Source: a virus
Length of the DNA stretch: 64,000 nt
Direction: 5' to 3' (one strand)
IMG/VR virus record: IMGVR_UViG_3300022221_000006
Location: 10,180 to 74,179 of that record
This document shows, in pieces, positions 8,801 to 18,600 of this stretch. A program made the translations under genes and the position numbers. Under the pieces are notes generated by a model. The model saw nothing but the letters and a program-made list of their open reading frames with translations, was not told where the DNA came from and ran no database searches. Position 1 is the first letter of the stretch. The number at the start of each line of letters is the position of its first letter.

Positions 8801-10442
8801 TCAAAAGCTTTCTAAATACAAGACAGCTCTCGCTCTTGAACAAGACGCATCGTCTTCAGGTGCCCAGATCATTGCGCTAACCACACGAAATAAGCAATTA
8901 GCAGAGCTTAGTAATGTTGTCCCTACAAACCAGAAACGACGACTCTACGACGAAATAGCAGCTGCCACGTTCAACGATCCAGCGTTTAGAAAACTAAATG
9001 AGAAGTTTGGACTTACTGAGAAAGATTTACGCAAGGCTGCGAAGGCTCAGAACATGGTAACCTTTTATGGAGCAGGAGAGAAGACAGGGATTCTGAACGT
9101 TGAAGGTAAATTGGCAAAAGTTCTTGAGAGACAACCTGGTACTCTCGTTGTGAAGGCCTCTGATCGCGACGTTGTCCTCAGTGAGATATCAGCACGCATT
9201 GCTCGTTATGAACGCTTTGATCCTGCTATTGCTGAAGAATTGAAAGTCCTTAGAAGCAATGTACGTGACATATTCAACAAAGGTCTTCATGTAGGGGATG
9301 ACATCATGGAAGACTTATATTTCTTGGACCCCGCGACCAAAGATCTGGTGTTACAAATGACGCAAAACTACACAAAGGTCGTAACCCCTGATGATTTTCG
9401 GCAGATTGCTAAGATTATGAGTATGCATCTTGGCGAACAGGTTCCTATCTTGAAAGACTTTACAAAATATTTAGGGCGACTGGGTGAAGACTTTCTCATC
9501 AACGCTAAACCTTCTAAGAGTAGTTTTTCCTGGAAAGGTATTTTAAAGGAGCGGTTATTTGGTTCATCCCGTGATGGTTATAAGCTGTCGAAAGAAACCA
9601 GTAAGCTTCTGGGACTCCCTGCAAACACAGCTATCTCAAAGCAGATTCTGAGTAAGTTTGGCTTCTGGCGTCCTAATGGAACTCTCAGCCAGCTACTCTA
9701 TGGAGTAAAGGATCCAGGAGATCGCAGAATAGGAGCTAAGTATTTCAAGATTCAAATAACAAAATTTAAGAAAATCTTTTCAATCGAAGTTTTCAAAGCC
9801 AACAGATTGCCTAAAAGGTGGACAAACATCCCCTGGAAGAACTTCGATGGGAAGACAATTGAGCAGAACTTTACGCAGACCTTCGAAGAGCGTCTGTTGT
9901 ATAGAGATAAGGACGGTAACTGGGTTACGAATATTCTTCAAGTACCTCAAAAGACGCAGGCGACTTGGTGGGAACAAATTCTCAATGATGCAGGAAATAT
10001 TGACGATATTGCTGATGCTACAAAGGCTAGAACTGCCTATGCTGTAAATGGGAATCACTCCAATGATGCTGTGATTGTCAAGCGATTCCATTTGTGGGGT
10101 AAGTCTGAAGATGTTCCTACTTCTACAATTCATGACGCTTTCTTTACTAATATCGCGGATATGTTAAAAGCACGGTCGGCTCTGCGTAAAATATATGCTG
10201 ATGCTATGAAAACAAATGTTATAAAAGCAACTCTAGATGAGATGTTAGCGAGAGGTCTCCCTCGTGCACTTTATGACAAGTATTTGAATGAAGCCATTGA
10301 AATAGGCCTTATCCCTGTACCAGGAAGGTCTCGAGTAGGCGGCAAGCTACTAAAAGATACCGACATATTAAACTCTGAAGACATCTTAAAGAAGGTTAAT
10401 GAAGTCTTTCAGGAAGATGCTTATTGGTACGGCGTGGGGTAA
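5823..10442 (+). CDS. MuF/SPP1-gp7 minor head protein fused to T7-superfamily single-subunit RNA polymerase (candidate virion RNAP)
   Basis: N-terminal ~345 aa: WQYVAVLDSSTTQICASRDG...PPAHWQCRS (MuF). C-terminal: DHRVRIY (DxxGR-like), motif A QDASSSGAQ (D1008), motif B R1070-K1074-Y1082-G, NGNHSND, motif C IHDAF (D1438). Confidence 0.92.
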   Translation: MPNVNTAIYDGKVDRAAMLRLYEQNTHGKIEAVFDGHVVRLDKLVKKSKINSKTFKDFQKNLDIELKKTYKEAFSVSKRSLLDMAADQMSFTYQNLDAALSKVWRTKRPQRRISEDIVLKQPLYENRTLEMGWKGVSKNERKRLAQVIRKGIADGDTEEIIARNIRRGNVHKITRNQSRSLVTTAMTSVNAQVDHSVYVENEKALQGWQYVAVLDSSTTQICASRDGKIYGVDDTAYLPPAHWQCRSTIIPVVKKWEDLASLESVAQLRRRNMAKLSPAQIARYDGQTPLKETYNAWLLRQPSKIQYTHLGDWQKVDLFNKGKIHLSKFTSPDGKTLGIRQLRRMTDSEYAPPTGSQRFALAKEKLDAMNLGAISPDDFINDRKMTNTLKNFYILQSKELDGTLSLTNYRGNLIGTKRAQKRRVLTRPPREEQVIFNPVTGRYEDSRMFQPTPSVLVNNMRLVNESSILKVADKEYIDRFIGSLSEYMSVNERAVVADNLRILFTRYRKNPENWVNFKAISQAQIKFDVMNVSDTIETQLRSDANLLKKLKQDNYIDPVLGPVTFEDLDKHFISNILERNKWEDRIAPKISEELRDVFDHNIPFKIRRRLSDSNLQQFYLKFAHRLSLADSPDVDQLAAALGRDLYNLANYNGNRRQWYDLGKKLLESNNKFFELETFGVQKRRMKSRMSGQLFGPYYDTFSYNIRITDPRIQRYSQLNRKIEVGLRIGVTDVGNRLVFREGYKTYFIKNRLGLYTDTRIPITSTSSFMDFPEGLIDKEMAASLNWAAKTEYRIDEDFYDSIMHIMNFTDDKGKAKYFDDINEYRKYIAARGDAYERFKAMEWFRKRGVAFSNHPFVDHRVRIYDRGFIGPQSGETFRPFLNTAKEKVLGIDNFRNLQDQIGAFLGGLDDYFEGRYNSLSVTGRQKIAIKWRKELVTIGNHMIRNKPNDVRKILQSDMVARIEGEELGKFLRFAIEVAKIDNYLDGVYNKTSLQKLSKYKTALALEQDASSSGAQIIALTTRNKQLAELSNVVPTNQKRRLYDEIAAATFNDPAFRKLNEKFGLTEKDLRKAAKAQNMVTFYGAGEKTGILNVEGKLAKVLERQPGTLVVKASDRDVVLSEISARIARYERFDPAIAEELKVLRSNVRDIFNKGLHVGDDIMEDLYFLDPATKDLVLQMTQNYTKVVTPDDFRQIAKIMSMHLGEQVPILKDFTKYLGRLGEDFLINAKPSKSSFSWKGILKERLFGSSRDGYKLSKETSKLLGLPANTAISKQILSKFGFWRPNGTLSQLLYGVKDPGDRRIGAKYFKIQITKFKKIFSIEVFKANRLPKRWTNIPWKNFDGKTIEQNFTQTFEERLLYRDKDGNWVTNILQVPQKTQATWWEQILNDAGNIDDIADATKARTAYAVNGNHSNDAVIVKRFHLWGKSEDVPTSTIHDAFFTNIADMLKARSALRKIYADAMKTNVIKATLDEMLARGLPRALYDKYLNEAIEIGLIPVPGRSRVGGKLLKDTDILNSEDILKKVNEVFQEDAYWYGVG

Positions 10443-10446
10443 TAGA

Positions 10447-10463
10447 ACCCCGTTAAATTAACC
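10447..10463 (+). promoter_or_regulatory. Class II repeated motif ACCCCGTTAAATTAwCC (candidate phage late promoter)
   Basis: Near-identical copies at 31664 and 57855. Lies upstream of scaffold/capsid. Confidence 0.7.
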
Positions 10464-10546
10464 CTGTTATTTAGTGTAACAAGAGTCTTAACAATTAAAC
10501 GTGTTGCTGTGCGACACATAAATGAGCTGTGCTCAGGAAAAGAAAG

Positions 10547-11233
10547 ATGCCAGATGAAGATGACGATACCAAAATCAAGGATCCCAAGAAAATTGTGGTC
10601 GGTGATACTGATGAAGCGACAAAGCTTCTCATCGCCCAACAGATTCAAGATGGGATTGCTGAGTCTTTAAAACCTATCAAGGAAAATCTTGATAAGGCGT
10701 ATAAGGCTAAAGAAGAAGCTGAGGCCCGTGCTCTAGAGCTGGAAAATAAGCAGAAAGAACGCGAGCTTAAAGATTTGGAAGAAGCAGGAAAGCACAAAGA
10801 AGTTTACGAACAACGTCTTGCTGATAAGGAAAAAGAACTGGAAGACACCGCCCAGACTATGAAGTCTTTGGCTCAAAAGAACATCGAACTGACGAGAGAT
10901 ATTGAAGTTCGAAATGCTCTGCGAGAGTTTGACTTTAGAAACGCCAATGCTAGTGATATGGCATTTCGAGAAGTCATAGGAAGTCTTACACAGAACTCCT
11001 CTGGAACATGGGTAGACGGTCAAGGTAGATCTGTCCTGGAAGTTGTTAAAGGTTTCGTTGATAACGAGACAAATGCTTTTCTTCTTAAACCGAAATCATC
11101 ATCAGGCTCCGGCACACAACACGGGGACGAAACTCCACCTGCCATTACGAAGACAGATTCTCTCTTCGGGATGAAGCAGGCGGATGTACTAAAACTAGCC
11201 TCTGAGGGTAAACTACCCAGAACGAGGCGCTAA
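10547..11233 (+). CDS. Capsid scaffolding protein
   Basis: Charged coiled coil, AFLLK..SSGSG C-terminal motif, directly before the capsid gene. AGGA SD before ATG 10547. Confidence 0.8.
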   Translation: MPDEDDDTKIKDPKKIVVGDTDEATKLLIAQQIQDGIAESLKPIKENLDKAYKAKEEAEARALELENKQKERELKDLEEAGKHKEVYEQRLADKEKELEDTAQTMKSLAQKNIELTRDIEVRNALREFDFRNANASDMAFREVIGSLTQNSSGTWVDGQGRSVLEVVKGFVDNETNAFLLKPKSSSGSGTQHGDETPPAITKTDSLFGMKQADVLKLASEGKLPRTRR

Positions 11234-11248
11234 TAGAGGCAATTTTAA

Positions 11249-12466
11249 ATGCGTACTGACATACGAGTTAATGATACTGGTGGTTACACACCTTACGTTC
11301 TACAAGAAACTATCGGAGCCTACTCTGACGAGGCATACACCAATGCCCGTAAGTTATCAGGAACCGATATCGTCCAGGGCGATCCTGATATCGATACTGA
11401 TGGTGAGACCTATATTGGTCAAATGCGATGGTTCACCCCATTAAATCCTGTTGTTAATGTTGCATCTCTGACTGATGCGACCAATGGTACTCCTACCACT
11501 TACGGTTCACAGTTCTTGCAATATGTGAAATCGGCTCGTACACACGGTGCTGAGAAAGTTAACCTTTCAAAGATTGTCACTCAAGACGACGGTCTGGCAA
11601 AAGTAGGTCGTGATCTGGGTGAAACTCGTGCACAAGATGAGCATGATGCAATCCTGGCTATTCTGAAAGGCGTAGCCATCTCTGAGCTTATGTACGGTGC
11701 TGCTCAGGCTACCGGCGCTTCAGGTCTTGGTGGTCAGTCATTCTCAAATGACCCTTCCGATAATGCTTATGGCTTCTATGTCGATTTAGGTGCAAGCAAG
11801 GTTGTTACTGATGCAGCTGCTGCTAATATTGGTGCACAACGAGCTGCTGGCTTTCTGAATGCCTTTGGTCAAGCATATAAGGACCATGAGCCTGAGTACG
11901 CATACCTCGTTGCCAGTCCTGCTGTTATGGCTTCACTGCGCTCTGCTAATCTGGTAGATTCTGATCGTGTCACTGACGGTAATGTTGAGTTCAACACTAT
12001 CTTCCAGGGCAAGTTCCGATTGATCCAGACTCGTGCTACCCAGTCATTGACTGCAGCTGAACGAGCAATGTTTGCAGCCACTTCTGTAGCGTCTGAAGGT
12101 GTCGATATTGTCGGCACGTTAACTTCGTATATCGTACTGCCTGGTGCTCTTGCAATGGAGCCTTTGACTATCGATGAAGACGTTGAGATCGAACGAGCAG
12201 CTGCTGCCTACCAAGGTGGTGGTACTACTCAAATATGGTATCGTTGGGGTTACATCCTACATCCTGCTGGTTACAACTGGGCAGGTTCTCAGGATGCATT
12301 TCCTACCAATGCAAATTACCAGCAAATCACTGACGGAACTACTCCTGTAGCTGTTGACTCTATCGGTGCTGCTACCGTGAATGGCCTTGACGGCTTCACT
12401 GGTGTATGGCAGCGTAAGACAAGCTCAGCTCTGTCTCTGGGTATCCTCCCAGTCTTCCACTCTTAA
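11249..12466 (+). CDS. Major capsid protein
   Basis: 405 aa, follows scaffold, visibly biased codon usage (GCT/GGT-rich), HK97-like layout. Confidence 0.85.
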   Translation: MRTDIRVNDTGGYTPYVLQETIGAYSDEAYTNARKLSGTDIVQGDPDIDTDGETYIGQMRWFTPLNPVVNVASLTDATNGTPTTYGSQFLQYVKSARTHGAEKVNLSKIVTQDDGLAKVGRDLGETRAQDEHDAILAILKGVAISELMYGAAQATGASGLGGQSFSNDPSDNAYGFYVDLGASKVVTDAAAANIGAQRAAGFLNAFGQAYKDHEPEYAYLVASPAVMASLRSANLVDSDRVTDGNVEFNTIFQGKFRLIQTRATQSLTAAERAMFAATSVASEGVDIVGTLTSYIVLPGALAMEPLTIDEDVEIERAAAAYQGGGTTQIWYRWGYILHPAGYNWAGSQDAFPTNANYQQITDGTTPVAVDSIGAATVNGLDGFTGVWQRKTSSALSLGILPVFHS

Positions 12467-12487
12467 TCAACCTGGAGAGCATTACTA

Positions 12488-12970
12488 ATGGCTTTAATTA
12501 AGAATACAAATGCTTATGTAGACTTAGCTGAAGCCACAGCCTACTTTGCTGATCGTTTAGACGCCGCTGCATGGGACGACACTGTCGATGCTGAGAGAGA
12601 AAAGGCTCTGGTGACTGCCACGATGATGCTTGATAACCTGCGTTGGACAGGACAGGCTGCTAGTGATGCTCAACTACTTGCTTTCCCTAGGATAGGTGAG
12701 TACTTCGATCCTCGTAAAGGGACTTCTGTGACTTTAACGGAAGCGGAGGTCCCCTTACGAATTATTAAAGGAACCTATGAATTGGCATACCACTTGCTTA
12801 ATAACGATGGATTGTTAGATGATACAGGAAGTGTCGCCGAGATAGAAGTGGATGGTGCTGTTAAACTAAAAGGTGTACGAAGTGCTCCTGATATTCCTTC
12901 TGTTGTCTACACCACTATAAAACCTTTGTTGGAGAATAGAGGGATTTCTACATGGTGGAGGGCTAACTAA
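12488..12970 (+). CDS. Head-tail adaptor (DnaT-like family)
   Basis: NAYVDLAEA.AYFADR...W...EKALVTAT..LD...W.G...Q.LAFPR signature. Confidence 0.8.
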   Translation: MALIKNTNAYVDLAEATAYFADRLDAAAWDDTVDAEREKALVTATMMLDNLRWTGQAASDAQLLAFPRIGEYFDPRKGTSVTLTEAEVPLRIIKGTYELAYHLLNNDGLLDDTGSVAEIEVDGAVKLKGVRSAPDIPSVVYTTIKPLLENRGISTWWRAN

Positions 12971-13326
12971 TGAGCTACGCTGGATTAATCCGTAAGAGTG
13001 TAGACATGGCCTTTCAGTTATCAAGTGATATTCCTTCTACTGTCACCTTCACAAAAACTGCTGTGAGTGGTTTTGACTTTAATACAAAGGAAAAAATAGA
13101 GGGAGTTCCTGTAGTCAGCCCAATTGAGGCGTTTATTGTAGCCTCGAAAAAGAAGTCAAAGAAACGAAATACTATGCAGAAGCGGCTGATTATGAAAGCT
13201 GCTGATCTTGAGAGTGGAGTTTCCTTTTATGACTATGTAATGATTGATGGTCTCAAATGGTCCATCGGTCCTCCGATTGCAATCAATGAGGCTGTGATCT
13301 CAATAGAAGTATTTAGAGAGGTGTAA
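12970..13326 (+). CDS. Head closure/neck protein
   Basis: Size and position after the adaptor; beta-rich. Confidence 0.6.
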   Translation: MSYAGLIRKSVDMAFQLSSDIPSTVTFTKTAVSGFDFNTKEKIEGVPVVSPIEAFIVASKKKSKKRNTMQKRLIMKAADLESGVSFYDYVMIDGLKWSIGPPIAINEAVISIEVFREV

Positions 13327-13327
13327 G

Positions 13328-13723
13328 ATGTATACGGACATCGAAAGTGATATTTTCTCAGTATTTGGAGATGCTGCTTGGAGTGCTGAATCAGTCTCGA
13401 CTTATCCCTCAAATTTTATCCCTGAAAACCCTGGAAGCGAGTTTCTCCGAGTTACGATTCTATCGGCTGCTAGAGATATGCGTTCAGCATCCGGTCAATT
13501 GATTATCGACATATTTACCCCCGCAGGTGAAGGCCAATCACGAGCTATCGCTATTGCGGATATTCTGGATCGATTTTTTAGAAACAAGTCTTTAAAGACT
13601 GGCTTGGGTACTACTCAGTTCTTTCTCAGTAGTATTGTCCCCGCTGGTCCTGATATGGACAACCCTTCTTTATATCGCTCCAACTATTCAATTTCGTTTA
13701 ATTACTTTGGAGTTCAACAATGA
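13328..13723 (+). CDS. Tail terminator protein
   Basis: GQLIIDIFTPAGEG..RA..IAD.L motif; sits before the tail tube gene. Confidence 0.7.
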   Translation: MYTDIESDIFSVFGDAAWSAESVSTYPSNFIPENPGSEFLRVTILSAARDMRSASGQLIIDIFTPAGEGQSRAIAIADILDRFFRNKSLKTGLGTTQFFLSSIVPAGPDMDNPSLYRSNYSISFNYFGVQQ

Positions 13724-14301
13724 GTCACATTTCCTCAATTGGCGCAGGTATGTTTTCAGACCTCGCTATTTGCCGCGACACTACTGAAGTCGCTGCTGCC
13801 ATCGCCAACCCTTCAGAAGCAAACTTTAAAGCCTGTTTTGCAACTGAGCTAGCTAACGGTTCTCCTGTCACGGTAGCTGCTGGTGAATTTACGCGTATCA
13901 AAAATATTCGTGAATTTCCTGCAATGGGTACTCCTCCGAATGTTGTCAATGTACCGGTTTACGGTCAGAAGACTTCTTCGCAGATTCAGGGTCAGTCTGA
14001 TGCTCCTTCAATGGAAATTCAGATGAACTATGTAGGTACTGAATGGCAGGATGCTGCTGATTACCTAGGTAGCCTGGTCGGTGACGGTCTGCAATATGTA
14101 TTCCGATTTGCCTTGTTAAATGCCGAGCCTGAGTCTGGCTTTGCATCTGCTGTTGGTGAATTGGGTGCTGTTGAGAACAGCCAGTATTTCTGGATTGGTA
14201 AAATGGAAGCTATCCAAGTCAATCCTCAGCTGACTGATTCAAATACCGCCACTGTCACAATTACAGTTCAATCTGATTTCTATGGTGCTTTCACCAGCTA
14301 A
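13720..14301 (+). CDS. Major tail tube protein
   Basis: IREFPAMGTPPNVVNVPVYG...IQGQSDAP..E...NY pattern of siphovirus tail tubes. Followed by a terminator. Confidence 0.8.
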   Translation: MSHISSIGAGMFSDLAICRDTTEVAAAIANPSEANFKACFATELANGSPVTVAAGEFTRIKNIREFPAMGTPPNVVNVPVYGQKTSSQIQGQSDAPSMEIQMNYVGTEWQDAADYLGSLVGDGLQYVFRFALLNAEPESGFASAVGELGAVENSQYFWIGKMEAIQVNPQLTDSNTATVTITVQSDFYGAFTS

Positions 14302-14309
14302 TCAGCCAT

Positions 14310-14339
14310 AGGGGATATCTTCGGGTATCCCCTTTTATT
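14310..14339 (+). terminator. Intrinsic terminator
   Basis: GGGGATATC-TTCG-GGTATCCCC followed by TTTT. Confidence 0.8.
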
Positions 14340-14354
14340 AACCATACCAGAGCC

Positions 14355-14585
14355 ATGACCGACGATTATAAAAAGCCATTCGACAAATCATATGTGTTGA
14401 GAGTAACAGCAATGCATATGCTGGAAAGTATTGACATCAGTATCGGAAAGACCTTCGAAAGGGTCAAAGATTTTGATGGAGATATCGAAAAATCACGGGA
14501 AGTGTTTGAAACATTATCTGACTTACATGAAGTCCGTAGACAAGTTTTAACCTTCCAAAATTCAAATCTAAAAGCAGGAAATTAA
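14355..14585 (+). CDS. Hypothetical protein (tail region)
   Basis: 76-aa ORF packed between tail tube and chaperone. Confidence 0.65.
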   Translation: MTDDYKKPFDKSYVLRVTAMHMLESIDISIGKTFERVKDFDGDIEKSREVFETLSDLHEVRRQVLTFQNSNLKAGN

Positions 14586-14586
14586 T

Positions 14587-14985
14587 ATGTCAGACACACC
14601 AGTAGCCGCTGTGCCGGTACAATCAAATGTTTTCAAGAAATTGCTTGGAAAACGAATTACATCATCTCATAAATTCATGGGCGAGAATGTCACCATTCAG
14701 AAACTTTCTGTTGCAGAAGTGATGTCTATCCAGGAATCAGCTACAAAAGCTCAAGCGCTTGCGGATGATGCAAAGAACAAACAAACGATGGGCCAGGAAG
14801 TTACAGTAGATGATAAAGAGGGTTTTAACTCACTCAAGAATGTCATCCGTATGGGTGCCCCTGAATCAACAGGTCTCGATGATGAGGATTTCAACCAGTT
14901 TCCTTTGGAAGAGTTGATTTCATTATCACAGGCAATCATGAAGTTCTCCGGTATCGATCCTTCTAAAGAGGGAAACGAGAGCTAA
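14587..14985 (+). CDS. Tail assembly chaperone (lambda G-like)
   Basis: Position before the TMP; ends just after a G-GGA-AAC slippery heptamer. Confidence 0.8.
   Translation: MSDTPVAAVPVQSNVFKKLLGKRITSSHKFMGENVTIQKLSVAEVMSIQESATKAQALADDAKNKQTMGQEVTVDDKEGFNSLKNVIRMGAPESTGLDDEDFNQFPLEELISLSQAIMKFSGIDPSKEGNES
14970..14976 (+). other. Programmed -1 ribosomal frameshift site GGGAAAC
   Basis: In-frame X XXY YYZ heptamer. The -1 frame reads ELTPEEFVLYELAYNLGMT... and joins ORF 15030-15326. Confidence 0.85.
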
Positions 14986-15326
14986 CACCTGAAGAGTTCG
15001 TTCTTTATGAACTTGCTTACAATCTCGGGATGACAGCACACCAGGTGGTGTATGAAATGTCAAACGAGGAATTTACAAAATGGATGGCTTACTTTGAGAA
15101 GCGTCCTATTGGTTGGCGTGAAGATCAGCGAACCTACCAAATAATGGCGTCTTTCGGTACAAAAGAAAAGCCTGAAAATTTATTCGAATCTCTCAGGAAA
15201 ATGAGAACAGCTGCCACCCCTGCTGTTGAAGATGGGAAACTTAATGTGGCATCTTTTAAAGGAAGCTTGATGTTTTCTAAGATGATGTCAGCAAAAGGTG
15301 GAGACAAAATAGCTTATGATAATTAA
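14970..15326 (+). CDS. Frameshift extension of tail chaperone (GT-like)
   Basis: LYELA..LGMT....EMS..EF..W motif; open from the slippery site. Confidence 0.8.
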   Translation, partial: GKRELTPEEFVLYELAYNLGMTAHQVVYEMSNEEFTKWMAYFEKRPIGWREDQRTYQIMASFGTKEKPENLFESLRKMRTAATPAVEDGKLNVASFKGSLMFSKMMSAKGGDKIAYDN

Positions 15327-15627
15327 AGTGTCAGGCGTATCGGAAACAATCCGAGATATACGTCAACAAATGAAAAGAGAAGCGGAAAGAGAGAAGAGGA
15401 AAGTCCTCAAAGCTCTTCTCCAAGACATTAAAGAAGAGAACCCTGTAGATACTGGTAAGTCACGAAACGGCTGGTATATACTAGGGAACTCTATACGAAA
15501 CGATGTTGACTATGTCGAAGTCTTAAATAATGGTACAAGTACTCGCGAAGGTAGTCGTTTTGTGGAAAAAGCAGTTTTGAAAAACAGAAAAGTACGCCCT
15601 AGCGGTATTATTGTTAGAACTAAATAA
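15316..15627 (+). CDS. HK97-gp10-like tail completion protein
   Basis: NPVDTGKSRNGW...N.V.Y...LNNGTS motif. Confidence 0.75.
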   Translation: MIIKVSGVSETIRDIRQQMKREAEREKRKVLKALLQDIKEENPVDTGKSRNGWYILGNSIRNDVDYVEVLNNGTSTREGSRFVEKAVLKNRKVRPSGIIVRTK

Positions 15628-15633
15628 AGACAC

Positions 15634-15661
15634 AGCCCCACACAGCGTGGGGCTTTATTTT
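15634..15661 (+). terminator. Intrinsic terminator
   Basis: AGCCCCAC-ACAGC-GTGGGGCT followed by TTATTTT. Confidence 0.7.
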
Positions 15662-15678
15662 AAACAGGAGACTTAGGT

Positions 15679-18600
15679 ATGTCAGGTGTTATAGTTGATG
15701 TAGATGCCAGAACAGAGAAGGCTGAACGCGACTTACAACAGATAAATAAATCTCTTAGAGGTATAGAGACTTCAGCAAGTAATGCTGGTAAGACCATTTC
15801 ACGTGCGTTCGTTGGAATAGGTGCAGCCCTTACAGCTCATTTCTCAGTTTCACAAGTCAGTGGTATCTCAACCGAATTTACAAATCTGTCCAATCAAATA
15901 GCAGTTGTGACAGGTAGAACGCGAGAACTAAACAAGGTCCAGTCCGAGTTGTTCAACATTGCTGAGAACACTCGTGCCTCGATCTCTAACACAGTATCTA
16001 CCTTTGGTAGCCTAGGACGCTCACTGCGAGGTGTTGAATCGTCTAATACTAAAATACTGACGGTTACAAAGGCTATTCAACAAGCAACTGCCCTATCAGG
16101 TGCCTCTTCTGAATCCGCGAAAGCTGCCATTGTCCAGTTAGGACAGGGTCTCGCTGCAGGTGCTCTGAGAGGTCAAGAACTCATGTCTGTCATGGAACAG
16201 TTGCCACGTGCTGCTATAGCGATAGCCGACGGATTGGAGGTGCCTCTGGGTGCTCTGCGCAAGCTGGGCGAGTCCGGTAAATTGACGAGTGAACAAGTTT
16301 TTAATGCACTACTTCAACAGTCTGAGAAGATAGGCCAGGAATTCAAAAGCTTAGCACCTACTGTTCAGCAGTCAAAGAACCTTCTCACAGACAGCTTAAA
16401 AATCTATATAAGTGAGCTTGACAGGGGTATGGGTCTTTCCGATCGAATGGGCAGTTCCTTGCAAGGGTGGAGTAAAAAGATCAGAGAGGCATCTAAGGGC
16501 GCGTATGATCTCGGGAATAGAATTGCGTATAACTTGACTATCTTCAAGCGAGAAATCAAACAGTTTGTAGGCCCTTTCGCTAATATAGGTATTGCTATCG
16601 CAAAGCAATTTAAGAAGGCCCTCCCGAAGGCGTTTCTGACACTTACATTTGAAGCGATGTATAGAGATGTCATTCGAGACCTCGATAAGTTTACAGGGGG
16701 CTATATAAGTGCTTGGAAACGTTTCAAATTCATCGATATAATAAAGATTGAGAGTGATGTTGAAATAGCGATAAGAACCCTGAAAAGACTCCATCCTAAA
16801 TATTGGGCTGCAGGAGGTTTTGATGTACTGTCTCTGAAACATTTCTTTAGCGCCGAGAATTTAAATCTGTATCTACGTGCCTTACAATCACTTGCTGACG
16901 CTATTGAGAGTAACATACGTTCAGCTGCATCAGTTTTTAAGTCTCTTGCCATCAACATCAGGTTCGGAACAGAAGCAATGTTGAGGTTTGTAGGCATCAT
17001 ACCCGAATCTCTTGTCATGTTTCGAGTAGGACATTTAAAGCCTTTTCTGAAGACTGTTATTGAAATTGCACGTGCCATCACAGGTACATCTCTCGAATTC
17101 TATAGAGTAGGGCGCTTAATATCGGAAGGTCTGTTTCCAGACATCATCAGTGTCTTTAGAGCTATGGGCGATATTATGCAGCAACTGTTTGGACGTATTA
17201 CAAGCAGTTCTCGTCTAGCGAAGGCGATAGGTTACATCAAGACTTTCGCTGACTCTGTGATGAGGCTCTTTGAGAAAGTCTATATGAGCGTTGTCGGGGG
17301 CTCCACATGGACAGATACGATGAAAGGAATTTATGAGAAAGCTCGCTCATTTCTAGGTAAGACGCGAAAGGCCCTAGCATCTTTCGGAGAGTTTGTAATG
17401 ACGCAGTTTAAGAAACTTGCTGATAAAAACCTCTGGTCAAAAGTAGGCATAGCAATTCATACAGCTATCTTTTCAATAATCCCAGTAGCTGCATGGATTA
17501 TTAGGAGTGTTATTGATATTGTGACAACATCGATTGTTGCCTCATTAGGAATGATAGGATATCTATGGGCTAAAACTTTTAACAGCCTTGCAGAAGTTGC
17601 TCCTAAGTCTATCGCTAAAATGATACGTCGTGTAAGAGATTTTGGTCTTGAGCTAACTGTGTTATTCGCAGGTGTTGTTATTGCAGTAGGACGTCTTCTT
17701 AAGGCTCTTCTCTGGGTTGTAGCTGCTCTAGGTAAACTCTTCGTAATGGGTGCTGTTTTCTCATTTCATGCTCTTATCTATGAAATCTCACGACTGACAG
17801 AGTACCTCCGAGGGGATGCTGTACATGATATCATTGATTTTGGTAAAAAGGTTATTGACGTCTTCGCTGAAATCTATGACAAAGTTATAGGTAACTCGTA
17901 TTGGACTGATCTGATTGAGAATATTGTCAATACTTCAAACAGTCTCTGGGACTCTGTAAAAGGAGGCTTTTTCAAGTTCTACAATAACATTGTCAGTCTT
18001 TTTAAGTCCCTCAATAAAAGAGCTTCACTTCCAACATTCGAATTTAAAAGTTCCGTCAGTATTCCATTCATCGAGGATAAAAGTCTTCTTACACGAATGA
18101 AAGATAGAATACTTGAAATGTACGCTGATGTTGCAGAAAGGTTTCCTACGATGATAACAGGTGCCGTTCTCGCCGTCGCCGGTATCGCTGTCTCACTTTT
18201 ATTTCCAGCAGGTGAGATAAAGAAAGCATTACTGAGCGGTATCTTTCTTGCCCTTATAAAGGCCGGTACCTTGATCGCTAGCGCGTTAGGCAAGGGTGTA
18301 CTAGATGTTAACTTTGTAACGTCGCTGGCCAGGTCTGCAGGTAACGCTGTGGGTAACTTCATTGGAGGCATTCTTAGAGACCTCCCTGCTACATTTGACC
18401 TCTTGTTAGGCGCTGCCATTAACTTCATCCGTGGTGTCTTTGAAGCAGTCCTTACACAAATTCCAATTTTAGGAACCGCTATTAAGGGTATCTTTGGTAT
18501 CTTAGATGCAACAGGGACTTCAGGAGTAGCTGGTGTCATAGGGACATTGTTTCTAGGAAAATATATTGCAAACGTTCTTGGATTCTTTGGCCTCTTTACA

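Noticed and set aside
5823-10442. MuF polymorphic toxin
   Set aside because: The C-terminal cargo has full RNAP motifs and is followed by the scaffold gene, not an immunity gene.
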